24,000 bases of DNA, taken from Cyanobacteriota bacterium. GTDB taxonomy: Bacteria > Cyanobacteriota > Cyanobacteriia > CACIAM-69d. The notes beneath the pieces were generated by a model that was not told the origin of the DNA, searched no databases, and saw nothing but the letters and a program-made list of their open reading frames with translations. The stretch covers positions 562,120 through 586,119 of the forward strand of contig JAKRSF010000004.1 of NCBI GenBank assembly GCA_022402445.1. The letters run 5' to 3'. Positions within the stretch are counted from its first letter, which is position 1. Each line of letters starts with the position of its first letter. A program made the translations under genes and the position numbers. Shown here piece after piece: positions 17,661 through 24,000 of the stretch.

Positions 17661-18389
17661 ATGAACATTCCACCGCAGTTGCACCAATCGCCCAAGGCCA
17701 AAATTCCCCCAACCCCCTCTCCCCAGGGGCGGCGGAACCTGGCGATCGCGGCGGCGGCCCTCCTGCTGACGGGCACGGCCCCGGCCCTGGCGGCGGATGC
17801 GATCGATGGCCCCCTGACCCTGCCCGATGCGGCCCTGAGCCCCCGCTTCAGTTGCCAAACCATCGACGGGCGATCGGTGGTGACCTACAGCCCCGAGAGC
17901 GAACCCGATCGCTACTACCCCTGGGCCGTGCCGCAGGATTTGGGGGGTGGCTGGACCGCCAACCGCCGCTGTGTGGAAATTGCCCGCCGCCTGGAAACCT
18001 ATCGCCCCGATGGCCTCGTCGCCCTCGAAGCGGGCCAGGAAAATGGCTACAACACCGTCTGCGCCACCAGCGATCGCAACCCCACCTGCCGCATTGTCTT
18101 CACGGTGCCACCGGGCCAGGATCCCTACATCACCCGCGACCAAGTCTTTTCCACCCTCGCCCAGGCCGACAGCGGCGAAACCACCACGGGGGTCTTGACC
18201 TTCCAGGGGGGCCGCTGGCAGTCCGATGTGCAGGACATCCTCGACGGCCTTGGCATTGACCTGGGCCTTGATCTCGGAGGCTCGCGCGATCGCGCCCCCA
18301 GCCGCCGCGACTGGCGACCTTCAACCTCCCTAGACCTGCGCCCCTTCCTCGATCGCGCCGACGGCGGCACCGGGGAACGCCTTTACTAA
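17661..18389 (+). CDS. COP23-domain protein (circadian oscillating polypeptide family), secreted
   Basis: Signal peptide with RR (GRRNLAIAAAALLLTGTAPALAADA). The body has four conserved-looking Cys residues (RFSCQT, RRCVEIARRLE, NTVCATS, NPTCRIVFTV) as in COP23. The ATG at 17661 is preceded by GGAGGG. Confidence 0.7.
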   Translation: MNIPPQLHQSPKAKIPPTPSPQGRRNLAIAAAALLLTGTAPALAADAIDGPLTLPDAALSPRFSCQTIDGRSVVTYSPESEPDRYYPWAVPQDLGGGWTANRRCVEIARRLETYRPDGLVALEAGQENGYNTVCATSDRNPTCRIVFTVPPGQDPYITRDQVFSTLAQADSGETTTGVLTFQGGRWQSDVQDILDGLGIDLGLDLGGSRDRAPSRRDWRPSTSLDLRPFLDRADGGTGERLY

Positions 18390-18393
18390 TCAT

Positions 18394-18413
18394 CAGTTGA
18401 AGACCAGTTGAAG
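18394..18413 (+). repeat. Direct repeat CAGTTGAAG-AC-CAGTTGAAG (11-bp period) just after the COP23 stop; candidate regulatory site
   Basis: Read directly: 18394..18402 and 18405..18413 are identical. Confidence 0.3.
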
Positions 18414-18535
18414 TTCCGTTAAGTTCAGCCAGCCCAGGGCCTTCCGGCCAGACCCCATATGCCCCATCGCCCCGCCCCGCCCGCCCTGGGGACTGGGGCC
18501 ACCTAGGGGCCAATTCCGACATGCTTCTTAAAATC

Positions 18536-18553
18536 TCCCTAGGAATCCCTAGG
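18536..18553 (+). repeat. Direct repeat TCCCTAGG-AA-TCCCTAGG (10-bp period) about 57 nt upstream of the YbjN-like gene; candidate regulatory site
   Basis: Read directly from the sequence. Further CCTAG copies occur at 18502, 18560 and 18589. Confidence 0.35.
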
Positions 18554-18609
18554 CAGGCTCCTAGAATAGGAAACGAGCAAAAGCAGCACCTAGTCAGGAG
18601 TGCCGGAGC

Positions 18610-19077
18610 GTGTTTGATTCCGCCAACGATGCCCAACGGGCCTGTTTTGACAAGATTCTGCCCTGGCTCCAGGAGTTGCCCCATGGCCTCACCCTTGATC
18701 CAGATGCGCGAAATCCGACGGTTTATGTAGCCTATGGTTCCGCCTGCGCGCTGGTGGAAGTATTGCCCTGGCATGATGGCGATACGATCATCCACACCCG
18801 CTCCTATGTGGTCACTCAAGTGCAACTGGTGCCGGGGCTGATGGAATATCTCCTGCGGGAGAACGATCGCCTGCTGTTCGGGGCCTTTGGCATTGATGAG
18901 GACGGGGATGTGTTCCTGAACCACGCGATCGTGGGGTCGGAGTGCGATCGCGCGGAACTGCTGACGTCGGTGAATGCGATTTTGACCCTGGCGGATGACT
19001 ATGACGACGCGATCGTCTCCCGCTGGGGGGGCCGTCGGGCGGTGGACCGGGCGCTGGATGCGGCTCCCCTGGCCTAG
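18610..19077 (+). CDS. YbjN-like / type III secretion chaperone-like domain protein
   Basis: The 155-aa acidic protein has the pattern VYVAYGSA...V.V......D..I.....V......L...LL..N....FGAF..D.DGDV...H...G...D..EL, typical of cyanobacterial YbjN-domain proteins. The GTG start at 18610 has AGGAG 9 nt upstream. Confidence 0.6.
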   Translation: MFDSANDAQRACFDKILPWLQELPHGLTLDPDARNPTVYVAYGSACALVEVLPWHDGDTIIHTRSYVVTQVQLVPGLMEYLLRENDRLLFGAFGIDEDGDVFLNHAIVGSECDRAELLTSVNAILTLADDYDDAIVSRWGGRRAVDRALDAAPLA

Positions 19078-19186
19078 TTCTGGCCTTCGTCTTTGTTCTG
19101 GTCCCTGGATCCTCTTGGGTGGGGTCGAGGGCTGGCCAGCTTTTTCTGAACTGAATACACCTCAATTGATTTTTTCCTTGGTTGCG

Positions 19187-20821
19187 ATGCGATCCCTGCG
19201 CTCCCCTGCTGCTGTGAAGATGTTGTTGGCTCCGTTGGTGATTCGGTGTGGTGATGGGGCGATCGCGGGCCATCGCGGCGGTGGTTGGCGGGCGGCTATG
19301 GGGCTGCTGGGGGCGATCGCGGGATCGCTGGTGCTGGCGGGGGGGGTGGCGGCGGTCCCTGGGCCGACCCTGGAGCTTCTTGAACAACTGGATCAGTTTG
19401 ATCGGCGGGTTGATCTACAGGCCCGCGCGATCGCCCTGGGGCAACCGGAGGCGCTGGGGGCGTGGGGGGCGGGCGATCGCCTGAAGGGCTGGGATCGCGG
19501 GCCGGTGAAGCTTTCCGTTGTCCAGGGGATCGGGGTGAAGGGGGAAATGACGGCGAAGGGGACAGCGGCGAAGGGGACGGGGGCGAAGGAGGAGGATACG
19601 GGGGAAGCGCGCTACTTTTTTAACCGCGCCCTGGAACGGTTGGCCCTGGGGAATTATGCGGCGGCGATCGCGGACTTTTCGACGGCGATTGAGCGCAATG
19701 GGGATGGGGATTCGATTGAACTGGCGATCGCCTACTACAACCGGGGCAATGCCCATTGGAGTTTGCAGGAGGCGGAGGCGGCCCAGGCGGACTATAGCCG
19801 CGCGATCGAGTTGGATGAAAATTTTGCCAGCGCCTATATCAATCGGGGGGTGGCGCGGCGAGCGTTGGGCAACCTCGAAGGGGCGATCGCGGACTATGAC
19901 CGGGCCTTGGCCCTGACGCCGGAGGATCCGGACATTTTTTATAACCGGGGCAATGTCCATCGCCAGCGGGAGAATTGGGGGTTGGCCCTGGCGGACTATG
20001 ACCAGACCATTGCCCTGTCGCCCACCTATGCCAATGCCTATGTGAACCGGGCGGCGGTCCATCGCCAGCAGGGGGCTTTCGACCGGGCGATCGCGGACTG
20101 CACCGAAGCCCTCAAGCTGGACCCCAATTCCGTGGAAGCCTATTACAACCGGGGTTTGGCGCGCTACGACCAGGGCGATCGACCGGGGGCGATCGCGGAT
20201 TTGAGCGAGGTGATCCGCCGCTACCCCAACTCCACCAATGCCCACCTCAAGCGCGGCCTTGCTCGCCATGTGACGGGGGATCTGCGCGGCGCGATCGTGG
20301 ACTACACCGCCGCGATCGGCCTGGATGAATCCTTTGCGGAAGCCTGGAATATGCGCGGCCTCGCCCAGGCCCAGTTCGGCAACCCCAGCGAGGCGCGGCA
20401 GGACTATGACCGGGCGATCGCGGCCCAGCCGGACTATGCCAATGCCTACGTGAACCGGGGACTGCTGCGCCACCGCCAGGGGGATCTAGAGGGGGCGATC
20501 GCGGACTACAGCCGCGCCGTGGCCCTCACGCCGAACGACCCCATCCCCTACCACACCCGTGGCCTCGCCCGCCAAGCTGCCAATGACCTCCCCGGCGCGA
20601 TCACGGACTACACCATCGCCCTAGAGCGCAACCCGGACTACGCCAGCGCCTACATCAATCGAGCCCTCGCCCGGTCAGCCCAGGGGGACAGCCCCGGAGC
20701 CGCCGCCGACCTCAGCGCCGCCGAAGCCATCTATCGCCGCACCAACGACGCCAGCGGCCTCGATCGCATCCGTCAACTGCGCCAGAGCCTCGCGATCGCC
20801 CCCGCCGCCCCCCGCACCTAG
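19187..20821 (+). CDS. Membrane-anchored tetratricopeptide (TPR) repeat protein, 11 consecutive TPRs
   Basis: N-terminal hydrophobic helix (AAMGLLGAIAGSLVLAGGVAAV) followed by 11 34-aa repeats of the form A.AY.NRG.A....G...GAIADY..A..L.P. The ATG at 19187 avoids overlap with the upstream gene. The track's ORF begins at 18995. Confidence 0.85.
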   Translation: MRSLRSPAAVKMLLAPLVIRCGDGAIAGHRGGGWRAAMGLLGAIAGSLVLAGGVAAVPGPTLELLEQLDQFDRRVDLQARAIALGQPEALGAWGAGDRLKGWDRGPVKLSVVQGIGVKGEMTAKGTAAKGTGAKEEDTGEARYFFNRALERLALGNYAAAIADFSTAIERNGDGDSIELAIAYYNRGNAHWSLQEAEAAQADYSRAIELDENFASAYINRGVARRALGNLEGAIADYDRALALTPEDPDIFYNRGNVHRQRENWGLALADYDQTIALSPTYANAYVNRAAVHRQQGAFDRAIADCTEALKLDPNSVEAYYNRGLARYDQGDRPGAIADLSEVIRRYPNSTNAHLKRGLARHVTGDLRGAIVDYTAAIGLDESFAEAWNMRGLAQAQFGNPSEARQDYDRAIAAQPDYANAYVNRGLLRHRQGDLEGAIADYSRAVALTPNDPIPYHTRGLARQAANDLPGAITDYTIALERNPDYASAYINRALARSAQGDSPGAAADLSAAEAIYRRTNDASGLDRIRQLRQSLAIAPAAPRT

Positions 20822-20861
20822 GGGGAGGGAACCGGAGCGCAAAAACACGACAAAACACCAC

Positions 20862-20915
20862 AAAAAAACCGATGATCGTTCCAGCCCCAGGGCAAAAAGG
20901 ATCATCGGTTTTCCG
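20862..20915. terminator. Bidirectional intrinsic terminator between the TPR gene (+) and rpoC2 (-)
   Basis: AAAAAAA-CCGATGATC-(22-nt loop)-GATCATCGG-TTTT. The 9-bp stem is perfect and is extended by A-T pairs. On the minus strand it is followed by TTTTTTTGTGGTGTTTTGTCGTGTTTTT. Confidence 0.7.
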
Positions 20916-21065
20916 TCTTTCAGGAGCTTTTCAGCGGCCCCGCCCCCCGAACCGAGGGCCTTGGGACAAGGTGCTTGAGCCCCTTGCTACCGTCGGCGCT
21001 TTTTAGGATGCCGCAAGGGTTTTAGGGTAGGGAGGTGGGCGATCGCCCTGCCCCCCTGTCACCGG

Positions 21066-24000
21066 TTACTCCTCCTCACCGGCCCCATCGAACTCCTCCT
21101 CATCGGAGAACCCGCCGCCGAGATCCTCCTCATCATCGGTGGCCGACTTGGCCGTCACATCGTCCAGCATCACCTCGTCATCCAGGATCGAGGCATTGCG
21201 GCCGCCCTCCCCCGTCAACGTGAAACTGCCTTCCATCTCGTAGACCCGGGCCGTGCGATCGTCGAGGACCACATCATCGAGATCCCCCTCATCGCCCGTA
21301 TAGAGCGCCCCATCCGTCACATAGCCACTGCCGTCGTAGCTATTGTCGAGGTCCGGACTGCCGTCATCGTAGGCATTGAAGCCCGTCCCCGCCGGGATCA
21401 GCCGCCCGATGATCACGTTCTCCTTGAGGCCCCGCAGCCAGTCGGACTTGCCCTCGATCGCGGCCTCCGTCAGCACCCGCGTGGTTTCTTGGAAACTCGC
21501 CGCCGAGATGAAGCTATCGGTATTCAAGGACGCCTTCGTGATCCCCAACAGCACCGGCGTATAGAGGGCCGGAGCCGCCCCGGTGATCGACATGGCCTCG
21601 TTGACCCGCTCCACCTGTTGCAGTTCCACCAATTCCCCCGGCAGCATCGTCGTGTCGCCGCCGTCGTCGATGCGCACCTTCGAGGTCATCTGCCGCACGA
21701 TCACTTCGATGTGCTTGTCGGAAATTTCGATGCCCTGGGATTGGTACACCGACTGCACCTCGTTCACCAGGAAGGTCTGCACCTCCTGGAGGCTCTTGAG
21801 GGCCGCCTCGAAGGGGGCATAGAGCTCCTGGTTGTAGTTGTAGTAAATCTCCAGGATCTCGTGGGGATTGGACGGACCGTCGGTGATCGGTTCGGCGGTG
21901 GTCATGGCCTGTCCATCGATCGCCATGACCGTTTGGCCGGGACGGATGGGGTATTCCGCGATCGTGCCGTCGCTTTCGACGATCTTCACCTCCGTCACGT
22001 CATCATCGCCGTAGATGATTTGCGCGGTGCCGGGGCGGCGGGCCAAAACGCCTGCTTCCTTGGGTTTACGGGCTTCGAGCAGTTCCTCAATCCGGGGCAA
22101 ACCCTGGATGATGTCACCGGTTTTCGCCCGTTCAAACACCAGCAGCACCAGGTTATCTCCCCGCTGCACCAGGTCGCCGTCGTCGATGTGCAGGACCGCC
22201 TGGGGCGACACGCGGTAGGGGCGCGCAATCCGCAGGGACACGCGGTTGCCGTCCACCTCCAGCACCTGACCGGAGTCGTTGGCGAGGATGCCGGGGGAAA
22301 TTTCGCTCTTGCCCGCCACCACGAGGTCATTGGCGCGCACGCTGGGTTTGGCGTCACCGGTGCTGACATCGAGCAGGTCGGCTTCCCGAACGATCAGCAA
22401 ACGGCGCAGTACTTCGCTCCCTTCGCGGATGCCGCGCACGATGCCCGCTTCTTTACATTGGATTTCCGTGCGGGCGACGACGGCTCCGGGATCGACGCGA
22501 TCGCCGTCCTTGACCAGCAAACGGGTGTGGGTGCTGCCCTGGGTGGGGTCGGCGGCCACGTCGCGGCGCACCACCAGGGATTCGAGGATCACCAGTTGCA
22601 GCCGCAGGGTGCCGTCCGCCTTGTCGCTTTCGCTCTCGGGCACCAGTTCAATGTCCGCCGCCAGTTGGGGGGTGCCGCCGCGATCGATTTCCAGCACCAG
22701 TTGGGTCCGCAGCAGATCCAGACCTTCGACGGCCTTGACCCGCTCGCCGTCCTTGTAGGCCAGCCGCTGGATCGCCCGCAGTTGGATGGCGCGCCCGGAC
22801 TCCTCCACCGATTCCTGGCTGGGCACCGCCGGTTCATCGGGCACCACGTACTGCACCGTGGGGCGCAGCAGCAGGGCGGACCCTTCCGGCGTTTCGATAT
22901 ATTCCACCAGGCACAGGGCTTCGGCGGTGATGTCGGCGGTGATGTCCTGGCCCGCGTCGAAGAGTTTGCCGTCCGCTAGGGCGATCGCGTCCGGATCGTC
23001 CACAATGCGGAGTTCACCGGGCTTGATGATGATCTCCCGCAGAATGTCGTTCTTCTGGACCACCTCCACCACGCCGGAGTTTTGGCAGAAAATGTCCTTG
23101 ACGATTTCCGTGCCCGCTTCGACGAACTGGCCGTCCTCCACCATCAATAGGGAGATGTCCTTATTGACCTCGTGGGTTTCCTCGGGGATCCACAGGAGGG
23201 TGCCGCCCTTGAGGACTTCGTAGCCCTGTTTGGCCTTGCCGCGCTTGGCCACTTCCACGCCGGAGTAGCGGATGACGCCGCCGGTCTGGGTGCGGTAGCG
23301 ATCGTCAATCAGTTCCGCCACCACCTGGTTGTGCAACACCTTCGTGCCCGGTGCCGCAATCAGGGAGAACAGTTGGCCGCGATCGGTCTCGATCAAATAG
23401 TGGTCACGGCCCTGGGCACTCTCCGATCGCACCCGAGCGCGATCGAGCAGCACCGACGCCGTAATGATCTCGATTTCACGGCTATTGGAGCGGGCCTCCG
23501 TCTCCTCATCCTCCTGGGGCAGGCGCACAATCCCACCGTGCTCCGTCACCAGGCGCGTTTCCGCCAGGACACTGCCCGCCTGGACGCGGCTCCCGTTTTT
23601 GACCGTCGGCTCCGCACCGGGCGGCAGGTTATAAACCTCCCCGGACAGCACCCACACCAGACCGCCCCGCTGGGCGATGCGCGTCGTGTTGCCCTGGCGG
23701 TCCTTCTTCTCCTCGGGGACGATGCCGTCAAACAGCACTTCCCCGGCCAGATCCGAGGCCACGTCCTTGGCGGCCTTCTCGGTGGATTTGCGGGTACGAC
23801 CGGTGGACGCCTGAATTTCCACCATCATCTGCCCCGCCCGCACTTGCGTGCCTTCCCGGGCAATGATGATCGAGCCCTGGCTCACGTCAAAGCTCTTCTT
23901 CTTGCCGGTGGGGCTTTCGACGGTGATTTTGCTGTTGGCATCCACGATCAGGGCGTCTTCCCCGTGGCGGGTGCGGAAGGATCGAGCCCGCAGGTTCTTC
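21066..24000 (-). CDS. rpoC2: DNA-directed RNA polymerase subunit beta' C-terminal half (cyanobacterial split RpoC2), 5' end beyond the right edge
   Basis: Conserved beta' C-terminal blocks are present ([57 protein letters not shown]). A long lineage-specific insertion lies between them. The reading frame stays open to position 24000 (...[24 protein letters not shown]...), so the track's start at 23945 is not the real start. Confidence 0.95.
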   Translation of the reverse strand, partial: KNLRARSFRTRHGEDALIVDANSKITVESPTGKKKSFDVSQGSIIIAREGTQVRAGQMMVEIQASTGRTRKSTEKAAKDVASDLAGEVLFDGIVPEEKKDRQGNTTRIAQRGGLVWVLSGEVYNLPPGAEPTVKNGSRVQAGSVLAETRLVTEHGGIVRLPQEDEETEARSNSREIEIITASVLLDRARVRSESAQGRDHYLIETDRGQLFSLIAAPGTKVLHNQVVAELIDDRYRTQTGGVIRYSGVEVAKRGKAKQGYEVLKGGTLLWIPEETHEVNKDISLLMVEDGQFVEAGTEIVKDIFCQNSGVVEVVQKNDILREIIIKPGELRIVDDPDAIALADGKLFDAGQDITADITAEALCLVEYIETPEGSALLLRPTVQYVVPDEPAVPSQESVEESGRAIQLRAIQRLAYKDGERVKAVEGLDLLRTQLVLEIDRGGTPQLAADIELVPESESDKADGTLRLQLVILESLVVRRDVAADPTQGSTHTRLLVKDGDRVDPGAVVARTEIQCKEAGIVRGIREGSEVLRRLLIVREADLLDVSTGDAKPSVRANDLVVAGKSEISPGILANDSGQVLEVDGNRVSLRIARPYRVSPQAVLHIDDGDLVQRGDNLVLLVFERAKTGDIIQGLPRIEELLEARKPKEAGVLARRPGTAQIIYGDDDVTEVKIVESDGTIAEYPIRPGQTVMAIDGQAMTTAEPITDGPSNPHEILEIYYNYNQELYAPFEAALKSLQEVQTFLVNEVQSVYQSQGIEISDKHIEVIVRQMTSKVRIDDGGDTTMLPGELVELQQVERVNEAMSITGAAPALYTPVLLGITKASLNTDSFISAASFQETTRVLTEAAIEGKSDWLRGLKENVIIGRLIPAGTGFNAYDDGSPDLDNSYDGSGYVTDGALYTGDEGDLDDVVLDDRTARVYEMEGSFTLTGEGGRNASILDDEVMLDDVTAKSATDDEEDLGGGFSDEEEFDGAGEEE

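Noticed and set aside
20963-21019. A possible third, degenerate copy of the hairpin module (GGGACAAGG-TGCTTGA-GCCCCTTGCTACC) with alternative pairing to GCAAGGG at 21013..21019, resembling a terminator/antiterminator arrangement
   Set aside because: Only 16 positions match the module, which is within chance for this GC-rich composition. The region is a convergent 3' intergenic space where an attenuator makes little sense. The strong terminator at 20862..20915 already explains termination.
1-24000. Dense regularly recurring palindromes, considered as a possible CRISPR array or mobile-element termini
   Set aside because: The recurring unit is the 8-bp HIP1 palindrome scattered through coding sequence. 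There are no 25-40-bp repeats with unique spacers, no cas genes, and no transposase, integrase, inverted terminal repeats or target-site duplications.

Overview
High-GC cyanobacterial chromosome. The diagnostic sign is the HIP1 octamer GCGATCGC: I counted 14 exact copies in the first ~3 kb, against fewer than one expected in the whole window from base composition. The window reads as core housekeeping genome, not an accessory island. I found no CRISPR array, transposase or integrase, phage genes, rRNA or tRNA. Seventeen of the 20 CDS are on the minus strand: gatA (5' fragment), hisG, a small 2-TM protein, a CYTH-domain protein, a PfkB sugar kinase, ilvE, ychF, a low-complexity-tail membrane protein, the conserved rimP-nusA-ylxR-infB operon, a 513-aa membrane protein, ecfT/cbiQ, der and rpoC2 (runs off the right edge). 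Four genes are on the plus strand: a DUF3153-like lipoprotein, and a three-gene block of poorly characterised cyanobacterial proteins (COP23 domain, YbjN-like, membrane-anchored 11xTPR). I see no clear new multi-gene system. The items most worth a second look are these. (1) The 513-aa membrane protein has a segment resembling S2-S3-S4 of a voltage-sensor domain but no recognisable pore. (2) A ~30-nt hairpin module recurs almost identically in two intergenic spacers in opposite orientations, with a half-copy in the rimP leader. (3) The spacers inside the rimP-nusA-ylxR-infB operon are unusually long and structured. (4) Direct-repeat motifs (TCCCTAGG-NN-TCCCTAGG, CAGTTGAAG-NN-CAGTTGAAG) lie upstream of the plus-strand genes. 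(5) HIP1 is phased with the 102-bp TPR period. All functional calls rest on my reading of the translated ORFs against remembered family signatures; no database search was run.
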